From a virus: a stretch of DNA of 64,000 nt. Shown one piece after another: positions 18,066-25,951 of this stretch. The stretch is taken from IMG/VR virus record IMGVR_UViG_3300043427_001127, positions 96,001-160,000 of that record; one strand, written 5' to 3'. Below the pieces are notes generated by a model. It ran no database searches and was not told where the DNA came from. It saw only the letters and a program-made list of their open reading frames with translations. The number at the start of each line of letters is the position of its first letter. Position 1 is the first letter of the stretch. A program made the position numbers and the translations under genes.

Positions 18066-18330
18066 TCAAGTTAAATATCAACTAGAGCGAGCGGAAGATG
18101 CTTTGCGTTCTGCTCTTATGATGTTGGATAGTAAAGAGAGTGTTTATGTAATCTCTGCTATTTCTAAGGCATTGATTGAGATTGATAATAGTTTGTTTGC
18201 TGAACGTGCTGCTGAAGGTTCAATCTCTATTACCAAAGAGGAGCAACCTGATGGAAATGTTAAATACGAAATGAACAATACTCCTTTTAAATGGGATAAT
18301 CAAACATCGTTTGTATCCGCAAATAAATAA
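18052..18330 (+). CDS. hypothetical protein
   Basis: ORF, start uncertain. Confidence 0.6.
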   Translation: MKMSDQVKYQLERAEDALRSALMMLDSKESVYVISAISKALIEIDNSLFAERAAEGSISITKEEQPDGNVKYEMNNTPFKWDNQTSFVSANK

Positions 18331-18383
18331 GACACGGATGGTCTATAACAGAACTGGTGGAGTCAAGTTACCCTTTGAATGCT

Positions 18384-18563
18384 ATGAACTTTCGTATTGT
18401 TGAGCAACTAGATAATAATGATGAAGTCATTACTTACTTTCAAGTTCATGAACTTGACAATGGTTATCATTGGGAGTATGATGGTGAGCAACATGGTCCT
18501 TTTGGGAACATGCAAGATGCAGTAGATTCTGCATATGACAACTTAATACCTGTCTCGGAATGA
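18384..18563 (+). CDS. small hypothetical protein between two RNA-motif copies
   Basis: MNFRIVEQL...GYHWEY.GEQHGPF. Confidence 0.6.
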   Translation: MNFRIVEQLDNNDEVITYFQVHELDNGYHWEYDGEQHGPFGNMQDAVDSAYDNLIPVSE

Positions 18564-18596
18564 CACTAAACTTGCCCTGGTCGGGTGAACCCCCTT

Positions 18597-18692
18597 CTGG
18601 TTTCTTGTTTTCCCATTAAAAAACAAGTGGTGCGGATGGGACTCTCTCCCGCCCAGTTTCCTGCCTCTGGTCAAAGGGCAGGTGGCGAGCCG
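18597..18692 (+). ncRNA. wcaG-like RNA motif (tandem H-type pseudoknots)
   Basis: Two units: TGG/CCA with CTTGTTT/AAACAAG, and CCAG/CTGG with CCTGCCT/GGGCAGG; each followed by TGGYG. Family name from memory, needs a cmscan check. Confidence 0.6.
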
Positions 18693-18704
18693 AGCAACGG
18701 GGGG

Positions 18705-18733
18705 TTGACATCCCCCACCCTCTCGGATATAAT
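18705..18733 (+). promoter_or_regulatory. sigma70-type promoter for tRNA-Met operon
   Basis: TTGACA-17-TATAAT. Confidence 0.85.
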
Positions 18734-18744
18734 ATGAGGGTCAA

Positions 18745-18821
18745 CGCGGGATGGAACAGTCTGGTAGTTCAGCGGTCTCATAAGCCGCAGGTCGCAGGTT
18801 CAAATCCTGCTCCCGCCCCCA
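18745..18821 (+). tRNA. tRNA-Met(CAT), initiator-like
   Basis: C1 mismatch, loop CTCATAA, encoded CCA. Confidence 0.88.
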
Positions 18822-18822
18822 C

Positions 18823-18904
18823 GTCGCTGTGGCGGAATTGGTAGACGCGCTGGGTTTAGGTTCCAGTGAGGTAACTCGTGAAGGTTCAAGTCCTTTCAGC
18901 GACA
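18823..18904 (+). tRNA. tRNA-Leu(TAG)
   Basis: Cloverleaf, loop TTTAGGT, long variable arm. Confidence 0.93.
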
Positions 18905-18948
18905 TTGAGAAAGTGATCCTGCGGGTTCGCCCAAGAGCTCTCCTTTCT

Positions 18949-19152
18949 CAACTATCTGGCCAGGTAGTATAAAGTTAGCCTAGTCCGAGATTGGCACGGT
19001 CGTTATGATATGCTCAAACAGATTGCCTTTCGCAATCAAGCCTCTATCATCCCGTAACTTTAACCTGATTGGTTGAGTTGCAATCTCTCTTTAGGGGGAG
19101 AATGCTCAAAACTACATAGTATCGTAGCAGATATATAGTGTAGTAGCGAGCA
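18949..19152 (+). ncRNA. manA-like large structured RNA
   Basis: Pairings CAGGT/ACCTG, AAAGTTA/TAACTTT, TGATA/TATCA, GATTGC/GCAATC and possible GCTCA/TGAGT pseudoknot; lies between tRNAs. Family name from memory; boundaries approximate. Confidence 0.55.
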
Positions 19153-19155
19153 CCT

Positions 19156-19227
19156 GCGGAGTTAGTTCAGCGGTAGAACGCTATCCTTCCAAGTTAGATG
19201 TCGTCGGTTCGATTCCGATACTCCGCT
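19156..19227 (+). tRNA. tRNA-Gly(TCC)
   Basis: Cloverleaf, loop CTTCCAA, U73. Confidence 0.93.
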
Positions 19228-19249
19228 CTTATCCCTGAGGATAAATAAC

Positions 19250-19420
19250 ATGTCACTTATTTCACAGAGAGACAGACAAGTTGCCATCAGAGCACTTGAA
19301 ATGTATGCTGCTGAGGCAGAAACTGCAGAGTATTATCTGGGGTCTTCGCATCACTCAGCATCTGAAATCAACGCATTACTTAACTGGATTAGATTAGAGT
19401 ATTACAAACATGAAGATTAA
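19250..19420 (+). CDS. small hypothetical protein
   Basis: GAGGA SD; MSLISQRDRQVAI...LLNWIRLE. Confidence 0.65.
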   Translation: MSLISQRDRQVAIRALEMYAAEAETAEYYLGSSHHSASEINALLNWIRLEYYKHED

Positions 19421-19574
19421 TCTGTGGTATTGCGAAACAATGAAACAATGGCGATGGACTCTCGTAGATGACCATCGACCCATTGTTAAAATGGAATCTG
19501 GTCAACGCCCAGATCTACGCGACGCCATGAATGACGTTGCAAATACTGTAGAATATATGTTATCTCAACAGTGA
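19410..19574 (+). CDS. small hypothetical protein
   Basis: MKINLWYCETMKQWRWTL...MESGQRPDLRDAMNDVANTVEY. Confidence 0.65.
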   Translation: MKINLWYCETMKQWRWTLVDDHRPIVKMESGQRPDLRDAMNDVANTVEYMLSQQ

Positions 19575-19580
19575 TTTTAT

Positions 19581-19652
19581 TGGAGTGTAGCTCAGCGGTA
19601 GAGCGGTCGGCTGTTAACCGATTGGTCGCAGGTTCGATCCCTGCCACTCCAG
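19581..19652 (+). tRNA. tRNA-Asn(GTT)
   Basis: Cloverleaf, loop CTGTTAA. Confidence 0.95.
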
Positions 19653-19655
19653 TTC

Positions 19656-19737
19656 GGGTAGGTGTCCGAGTGGTTAATGGAAACGGACTGTAAATCCGTC
19701 GGCTCCGCCTTCGGGGGTTCAAATCCCTCCCTGCCCA
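19656..19737 (+). tRNA. tRNA-Tyr(GTA)
   Basis: Cloverleaf, loop CTGTAAA, long variable arm. Confidence 0.95.
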
Positions 19738-19825
19738 CCTTGGGATTATCTTGTAAAACAGCTCCAATGTTTCCTCTTTGAGGTTTAGATTTTTTCCTTG
19801 ACCGCTGTGGGGAAACGGTCAACTT

Positions 19826-19897
19826 GGAATCGTAGCTCAGTGGTAGAGCACTCGGCTGATAACCGAGCGGTCACAAGTTCAAATCTTGTCGGTTCCA
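19826..19897 (+). tRNA. tRNA-Ile(GAT)
   Basis: Cloverleaf, loop CTGATAA. Confidence 0.95.
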
Positions 19898-19939
19898 TAT
19901 TGTATAATAGACTACAGTTGTAGATAAATATATACAATA

Positions 19940-20151
19940 CGTTCATCCCTTTGGGACGGAAGTAAGCCGACTCGGAACGGATCGTTCATCTATGGAAGCA
20001 CTCATTCTAACCTGCTTGCAGGCACAACTGATTGCCACCCGAGTTGCTGCGGCAGACATGCCTAAGCAAACTCGCAACGATCTCATATGGGAGGTCAAAC
20101 AGATCTCTCCTAAGGAGTGCAAGATAGACGCAAAAGCCGACTGAAGGAACG
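19940..20151 (+). ncRNA. tandem glutamine riboswitch-like element (glnA / Downstream-peptide type)
   Basis: Unit 1: CGTTCA-TCCC-ttt-GGGA-CGGAAGTAAGCCGACTC-GGAACG. Unit 2: CGTTCA-TCTAT...ATAGA-CGCAAAAGCCGACTGAAGGAACG. Confidence 0.75.
19992..20144 (+). CDS. small protein encoded within riboswitch unit 2 (50 aa)
   Basis: MEALILTCLQAQLIA...KECKIDAKAD, read manually. Confidence 0.6.
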   Translation: MEALILTCLQAQLIATRVAAADMPKQTRNDLIWEVKQISPKECKIDAKAD

Positions 20152-20183
20152 CTCTTTAACCTAAAAAACTAAGGAGAAACCTA

Positions 20184-20342
20184 ATGTCACAAGCAACCTA
20201 CAGAGGTTGTCAGTACAACACTGACGTACCTAAGCAAGAATATCAGCGTTGGTATTCACAAACTCATGCACCAGCACATCCACAGAATACATATCGTGGT
20301 GTTGCCTACCGTCCTTGTAAGAACTCGGAGGTAGCACAATGA
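20184..20342 (+). CDS. DUF4278-like small protein
   Basis: AAGGAG SD; two YRGxxY motifs, as typically found downstream of Downstream-peptide RNAs. Confidence 0.75.
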   Translation: MSQATYRGCQYNTDVPKQEYQRWYSQTHAPAHPQNTYRGVAYRPCKNSEVAQ

Positions 20343-20425
20343 ACTGGTTGAATCTAATCCGTAGACAGATTGAAAAACAAAAGAGACTAGAGATTGCCCA
20401 ATATCATATGGCAACTCTCGGATAA
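20339..20425 (+). CDS. 28-aa peptide MNWLNLIRRQIEKQKRLEIAQYHMATLG
   Basis: GGAGG SD, ATGA overlap. Confidence 0.6.
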   Translation: MNWLNLIRRQIEKQKRLEIAQYHMATLG

Positions 20426-20427
20426 AG

Positions 20428-20453
20428 CAAAGGGGGCATATGCCCCCTTTTTT
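20428..20453. terminator. bidirectional intrinsic terminator
   Basis: AAAGGGGGCA-ta-TGCCCCCTTTTT between convergent genes. Confidence 0.85.
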
Positions 20454-20619
20454 ATTTCCTTAGTGTATGTAAGTATTGAATCATTGCTTCCCTGATATAC
20501 ATTAGCTCGTGGTAGCATTTCTGATTGTGAGCACACTGCCTCAGTTCGTTGTCTGGTTTGTGTACGCTCTCAATAAACAAATCTAATCCTCTGTTCCATT
20601 TGTCGTTGTCTTCAGTCAC
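20452..20619 (-). CDS. hypothetical protein
   Basis: KWNRGLDLFIESVHKPDNELRQCAHNQKCY. Confidence 0.7.
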   Translation of the reverse strand: MTEDNDKWNRGLDLFIESVHKPDNELRQCAHNQKCYHELMYIREAMIQYLHTLRK

Positions 20620-20938
20620 GTTGCCTCCAGTCTTCGGGTTTGTCTCTACCTTCAGTAAACCAATCAACCATATCATCTACACTATCAAAACCACGCTTGC
20701 CGAAACGTTCGTGTCCAAGACCACCGATGTCAAGTTGATTTAAAAAATCATCCATATCTCCTTCTTGCATGTCTGGGTTCTCTGCTTTACGTCTTGCTTG
20801 GCGTAGTATTGTTGCAGCAGAACGATTTGCTTTGGCCAGTTTCTCTGCCCAAATCATATCTTCTAAACCTACCGATTCATGCTTGGCAATCTTGCTGCAG
20901 ATACCTTCCAAGCGTAGGCGATATTGTGTAGAGAGCAT
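20612..20938 (-). CDS. conserved cyanophage hypothetical protein
   Basis: MLSTQYRLRLEGIC...DWRQRD. Confidence 0.8.
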   Translation of the reverse strand: MLSTQYRLRLEGICSKIAKHESVGLEDMIWAEKLAKANRSAATILRQARRKAENPDMQEGDMDDFLNQLDIGGLGHERFGKRGFDSVDDMVDWFTEGRDKPEDWRQRD

Positions 20939-20957
20939 GTGCAATCTCCATATAGGG

Positions 20958-21158
20958 TTATTTAGCATTAATCATTGCTTCTAAATCGTTGATTTTACTG
21001 AACTCTTGGTATGCTTTCTCAGAGCGTTCAGATAGAATGTCTAAAATATCTTCAACGATTACTTCGTTGTCAATGTATTCATCCAAATACTTGTCCAACG
21101 CTTCCTTTAGATAGCGTTTGCGATGCCACTCAGCTGAGTATGGTTTGTAGTGCGTCAT
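20958..21158 (-). CDS. hypothetical protein
   Basis: YKPYSAEWHRKRYLKEALD; own promoter TTGACA-17-TATAAT at 21210-21182 on the minus strand. Confidence 0.75.
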   Translation of the reverse strand: MTHYKPYSAEWHRKRYLKEALDKYLDEYIDNEVIVEDILDILSERSEKAYQEFSKINDLEAMINAK

Positions 21159-21206
21159 AACAAAACAGATATATGTGGCTGATTATAAGATATATATGTG
21201 ATTTTG

Positions 21207-22271
21207 TCAACTGGGATATGCGTGAGTCAACCCCCAGTAAATAAACAATCCTATCGCTCCAAACAAACAGATACTAGTGAGAGCTAGGTGGTTCATCTTT
21301 CATTTCCTCGTATGCTAGTTTTAAGATGTAATAGATGACATAGGCAGTACCTGCTAATCCTACTCCTAGAATAGCAAACACTCCCCAAGGTAAGTTACTC
21401 ATGTTCATCCTCGTAGGTAGATGGTTCTTCAAATAACTCGTCCATCTTTTGTTGGAAAACTATTTCTTGTAGTTCTTGTAAGTCTTCTTCGGTAAGAGTT
21501 ATCATTTGTCCTTAAGTATTTCTTCTATTCTTTTACGCATGTTTGTGCTATCTTGTTTCATGTAATCTCTACATGAATAACCACGCTGCCCTTTGATGAT
21601 ACATGTTCCTTGATAAAACATGGTGGCAGCAAACACTAGCAGGAAAACTATTCCTATTATTTCAGGGTAATGCTGAGCCATGGTAGCAGAGGTGGTATTA
21701 CTCCAATGAGTCTAAGAAGACCCTCAGCAAAAAGTGCAAGAACAACCCAACCAATACACATTGAAGTAATCGCAGCATTACGATTGTGTCTTCGTATTGC
21801 ATCATCAATCATCTCCTTCACTTCTTCTTTCGTTACTTGTGTCATGGATTTTAGCGATTCCTATAATGGGAAACATTACAAGGGCAAAGCAAAGGATGCC
21901 CAAACTGACGGGATTATTTAAGATTTCAACTATCAGATGAGTCATCTTTCTTTACATTGATGTAACATTCAAGTGGCTTCTGAGTCTCTGCATCAAAGTT
22001 CTGGTCTAGGTAGACACAAAGTTTATTGATGATTTTGATATACTCGTCGTGCATCCAATCACTACCAGTTTCGTGGTAGGCATAGTGCTTACATGCTGTG
22101 ATGATTCTATTAACGTCTCTACTTGATAGGTTATACATTTGATTATCCTTCGTAATACATTATAATGTCGCCGTGTTTTCTGTGAAAATCAAGGTGCTTT
22201 TTGCCCCATGGTATAGTCCTCCATTCAGTTTTTCCATTCCAAAGTAATAGGCAAATGTGAATGTATCTCAT
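21207..22271 (-). other. chain of eight overlapping small ORFs, mostly single-TM (21207-21296, 21274-21402, 21395-21505, 21502-21681, 21657-21845, 21805-21945, 21926-22138, 22143-22271)
   Basis: Read manually; head-to-tail overlaps on the minus strand. Confidence 0.6.
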
Positions 22272-22340
22272 ACACCTGTAGTATAACGAGCTATTTAGAT
22301 GGGTCAATATACCTATCAGAGTTTCCTAACAAAAGGGGGC

Positions 22341-22369
22341 TTGACAGGGGCGCTGAGATGCTATATACT
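22341..22369 (+). promoter_or_regulatory. sigma70-type promoter for hli-petF-hli
   Basis: GGGGGC-TTGACA-17-TATACT. Confidence 0.8.
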
Positions 22370-22394
22370 ATGTAAAGATTTATGACAAACGTAA

Positions 22395-22598
22395 ATGACT
22401 GTTACGACAAATGAGTATGGCCAGCAAAACATGTGGGCCAAAGAACCTGAAATGGTTTACCAAGAATACAATCGCAAGGGTCTTATGACTCCTATGCAAA
22501 CTACGGAGATGTACAATGGACGCTGGGCTATGGTCGGTATTATTGCTGGGTTCATTTCTTATGTTGGCACTGGCAAACTCTTCTTCGGCATCTTCTGA
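22395..22598 (+). CDS. hli: high-light inducible protein
   Basis: NMWAKEP, EMYNGRWAMVG, TGKLFFGIF. Confidence 0.92.
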   Translation: MTVTTNEYGQQNMWAKEPEMVYQEYNRKGLMTPMQTTEMYNGRWAMVGIIAGFISYVGTGKLFFGIF

Positions 22599-22612
22599 CT
22601 GAGGGCTTGACA

Positions 22613-22699
22613 ATGACTTCGCTTTTGTTTACAATGACTTCGGTTGCCTTCTTCGTATTGCTGGCAATCTCCGTAGAAAAACTTTGTGAGACTTATTGA
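22613..22699 (+). CDS. 28-aa single-TM peptide
   Basis: [28 protein letters not shown]; stop overlaps the petF start. Confidence 0.5.
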   Translation: MTSLLFTMTSVAFFVLLAISVEKLCETY

Positions 22700-22992
22700 T
22701 GGCTACCTATTCCATTACTCTTCAATCCCCCGATGGCACTGAGCAAACTATTCAGTGCCCTGACGACCAATATATTCTTGATGCTGCTGAGTTTGCAGGT
22801 ATCGACCTACCTTCCAGTTGCCGTGCGGGTGCTTGTAGTGCCTGTGCTGGTAAACTAATCAGCGGCACTGTTGATAACGAGGAGCAATCCTTCCTTGATG
22901 ATGAACAAATGGCAGATGGTTGTGTTCTAACTTGTGTAGCATATCCCACCAGCGACTGTGTTATTCTGACTGAACAAGAAGAAAATCTTTAA
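22699..22992 (+). CDS. petF: plant-type [2Fe-2S] ferredoxin
   Basis: CRAGACSAC...LTCVAYP. Confidence 0.97.
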   Translation: MATYSITLQSPDGTEQTIQCPDDQYILDAAEFAGIDLPSSCRAGACSACAGKLISGTVDNEEQSFLDDEQMADGCVLTCVAYPTSDCVILTEQEENL

Positions 22993-23007
22993 TCTAGGAG
23001 AACTACT

Positions 23008-23127
23008 ATGAAATTCGGATTCACCCCTGAGGCAGAGATCCTCAATGCTCGCCTGGCAATGCTCGGTTTTGTCATTGCTGTTGGCACTTATCTCACTACA
23101 GGTCAGATTATTCCTGGAGTGCTCTGA
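23008..23127 (+). CDS. hli: high-light inducible protein (39 aa)
   Basis: AGGAG SD; AEILNARLAMLGF...TGQIIPG. Confidence 0.92.
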   Translation: MKFGFTPEAEILNARLAMLGFVIAVGTYLTTGQIIPGVL

Positions 23128-23133
23128 TACTTT

Positions 23134-23160
23134 AAAGGGGGTCGTAAGACCCCCTTTTTT
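23134..23160. terminator. bidirectional intrinsic terminator
   Basis: AAAGGGGGTC-gtaa-GACCCCCTTTTT. Confidence 0.88.
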
Positions 23161-25795
23161 AATCTTCTAGTTTTAAAATAGTTAATGTAGTCGTAATCGC
23201 AGTATTTGAACCAGATTTATTTACAATGGTTGCAAATATAGTAGTATCTTCATCACTAAATCCTACAAGAGATGGGGTTATTGGGAGAACTTGATTGGAT
23301 ATCGTTGTTACATCACAGACAACACCAGCATTTTCAGGAATCGGATCTCCATAGTTTCTTCCAGAATCATTGTCTCTAGCAGTCGAGCTTGTATACAAAC
23401 GAACCCACGCAGAGTTATTTGTTTGTACTTTTAATAGTGCATAAGATTTGAATCCTGTTATGGTTATGTTTGCAGATTCGTCTTGTGCTAGTAATGGTGT
23501 TGTTCCTACAGAAGTTGTTCTTGATTGTAGTTGTTTTTGTGGTTGTGGTTCGTATACAGTTCTCCAAATAGTACTAATATTTACGTTTGGATTTGTGCTA
23601 TAAACTCTTAATTTTGCATTATGTGGAATGTTTGTGGTAACTGGAGTGTTTAAGTTGAACCACCCAACATTATTACCTGTTTGTGGATCAAATCTACTGG
23701 AAACAAAAGCACCTGATGGTATGCCAGGTCCAACAATAAACTGGTTATCTGTGGGAATGTAAATCAGTGGGATTCTGTCACAGAAAAATCTACTATCTCC
23801 TAAGTCTACTGCTTGAAAATAATCTACAGTAGCATCTGGAGTTGGATATAAACTTTCATCGAATATTTTTAAAACTCCTGTGGTATTGTTATACCATAGA
23901 TCTCCATCTTTTGCCCATGCTGGAGCAGAAGTTCCTACATGTACTGCTGGGGGTGGTGTGATAGTTAGTCCACCTATTGATGCAGATTGCTGAGAACCTG
24001 TTACGCTATCTGTATCTACTTTAAGACCACCCACGCCAGAAACTATAGCGTATGTAGTACCACCTGTGTTTGATCCTAGTAAACCTATTTTTCCTTCGTA
24101 AAAACGAGTATCAGTTTCAGAAACATCCATCGTATAAGTTTTGTTGGTGCTATCTACAATGATAGTGCCATTTAAGTTGGGTAGTGTTAGGGTTCTATTT
24201 GCAGTTGGATTTGCTACTTGAACTGTAGTTTTAAAAGTATCTACTGTAGACCCTTCAAACACCAATGAAGATGCAGTGGCAGTTAATCCTGAAGGCAATC
24301 CACTTACCGTTGATGCAATATTAATAGTATTTTCATTAGTTCTGCTGACAGTGATACCAGTTCCAGAAACTAAAACTAAATCATCATCTGTTAAGCTATT
24401 GTTTTCTCTAAGTCTGATCTTAGCTCCAGATGCATCTGTTTCTGCTGATATAATGTATTCTCTATTTGGTGGAATAGTTGGCAATCCTAATAGATCACTG
24501 TACTCACCTGTGGTTGCAACTAGTTTTAAATCTGGAAGACTTAGTAAATCGCTATAGCTTCCTGACGTTGCTACATCTGCTAAAGCGGGAGCATTTAATA
24601 AGTCACTATAATCTCCAGAGAAGAAACGATTCGTTGTGTCAGTTAAATCCGATGCATCGATAACTAATACGGGTAAATCATCTAGGTCGTTGTATGATCC
24701 AGATGTTGCTACTGGTTGTAAGTCAGGGAGATTTAATAGATCACTATAACTTCCGCTGGTTGCTACAGTCGCTAAAGCAGGAGCATTGGTGAGATCTGTA
24801 TAACTTACAAAACCGTTTATCCAAGAACCATTTAAATATTTTAATGAGTGATTATTAACAGGATCTGTGATTGTAACATCACCTAAGTCGTTGATGTCGA
24901 TAGTTGAAACGTTAACAGAAAACTCGATATCATTATTGTCAACTGTTAATACAACTCCAGGACCAGCGGTAAGAGTAACATCAACAGAAGTATTATCTGA
25001 ACCAGCTAGTGAGATAGTTTTTACTGTAGTTGAAGTGCTTGATACATTAAGACCATATGTAGTGTTTGGAGCGTTAACAGTAATAGTAGAACCACTTTGA
25101 GTTATTGAGGCAGCACCACCACCCGCTAACGTAATGTCGCCAGTTGTAAATGTTCCACCAGCCCCACTTGCTTTTAGTCTTGTTACAGTGTCTGTACTTG
25201 AAATGTTTACTGTATTTCCTGCTTGAGTTGCAGATGAAGCACCAGAAGCAGTAATAGTTACGTCACCTGTGACAAAACTTCCAGCACTACCACCTTTGAT
25301 TCTTGTGATAGTGTTGGTATCAGAAGCACCAATGGTAATGTTATTTCCTACTTGAGATATAAAAACAGAACCAGTTGGCAACAAAGAAACTTCGCCAGTA
25401 ACAAAAGAACCAGCAACACCACCTTTAATACTTGTGATAGTATCTGTATCTACATATGTTGCGTTTATGGTTATTTCATCTCCACTCCTTGTGAGTGAAA
25501 TATTTGTTCCAGGTGCTAGAGTTACGTCATCAGTGACGAAGTTTACATCAGTTAAACGGATTATTTTTTTGCCACTGCCACCATCTTCTGCGCTAATAGA
25601 ATAAGTAGTATCGATTTCTGCAGGAACATTTGCCCATTCGATTCCTTCCCCAGTTGAATATAGGATTTGACCAGGATTACCTATACCTGTTCCGTCATAA
25701 ATCCCACTCTCTGAAAGATTTAGATTGTCCGTTGCTGCTAGTTCTTCTAGACGTTTAGTTACAGAGTTACCTATTAACGGAAAGCGATTTGCCAT
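23159..25795 (-). CDS. tail fiber-like virion protein
   Basis: TATAAATA late promoter at 25838-25831; MANRFPL start; DT.T..I.G repeats; VATSGSYSDL repeats; GDLWYN motif. Confidence 0.8.
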   Translation of the reverse strand: MANRFPLIGNSVTKRLEELAATDNLNLSESGIYDGTGIGNPGQILYSTGEGIEWANVPAEIDTTYSISAEDGGSGKKIIRLTDVNFVTDDVTLAPGTNISLTRSGDEITINATYVDTDTITSIKGGVAGSFVTGEVSLLPTGSVFISQVGNNITIGASDTNTITRIKGGSAGSFVTGDVTITASGASSATQAGNTVNISSTDTVTRLKASGAGGTFTTGDITLAGGGAASITQSGSTITVNAPNTTYGLNVSSTSTTVKTISLAGSDNTSVDVTLTAGPGVVLTVDNNDIEFSVNVSTIDINDLGDVTITDPVNNHSLKYLNGSWINGFVSYTDLTNAPALATVATSGSYSDLLNLPDLQPVATSGSYNDLDDLPVLVIDASDLTDTTNRFFSGDYSDLLNAPALADVATSGSYSDLLSLPDLKLVATTGEYSDLLGLPTIPPNREYIISAETDASGAKIRLRENNSLTDDDLVLVSGTGITVSRTNENTINIASTVSGLPSGLTATASSLVFEGSTVDTFKTTVQVANPTANRTLTLPNLNGTIIVDSTNKTYTMDVSETDTRFYEGKIGLLGSNTGGTTYAIVSGVGGLKVDTDSVTGSQQSASIGGLTITPPPAVHVGTSAPAWAKDGDLWYNNTTGVLKIFDESLYPTPDATVDYFQAVDLGDSRFFCDRIPLIYIPTDNQFIVGPGIPSGAFVSSRFDPQTGNNVGWFNLNTPVTTNIPHNAKLRVYSTNPNVNISTIWRTVYEPQPQKQLQSRTTSVGTTPLLAQDESANITITGFKSYALLKVQTNNSAWVRLYTSSTARDNDSGRNYGDPIPENAGVVCDVTTISNQVLPITPSLVGFSDEDTTIFATIVNKSGSNTAITTTLTILKLED

Positions 25796-25856
25796 TACAC
25801 GACGCTCGTAAAAATGAGTTCTATTTATGTTATTTATAAATGGTTCTGGCGGGGGC

Positions 25857-25890
25857 TTGACAGGTGCGGGAAACCGTGCTACTATAAATA
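25857..25890 (+). promoter_or_regulatory. overlapping sigma70 (early) and T4 late promoters for psbA
   Basis: TTGACA-17-TACTAT with TATAAATA at 25883-25890. Confidence 0.8.
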
Positions 25891-25951
25891 AGTGTTAAGG
25901 AATGGAAACATTTCTTCACAATACATACCTCAACTACTCGGAGTATTTTCA

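Noticed and set aside
19486-19822. Minus-strand ORFs 19486-19767 and 19592-19822
   Set aside because: Antisense shadows of tRNA-Asn and tRNA-Tyr
19740-19825. Spacer between tRNA-Tyr and tRNA-Ile as a further tRNA or ncRNA
   Set aside because: Only a short hairpin (TTGACCG/CGGTCAA, 19798-19822); no cloverleaf
23159-25795. Diversity-generating retroelement or invertase switching of the tail fiber
   Set aside because: No reverse transcriptase, recombinase or template/variable repeat pair seen; the repeats are degenerate protein-level repeats
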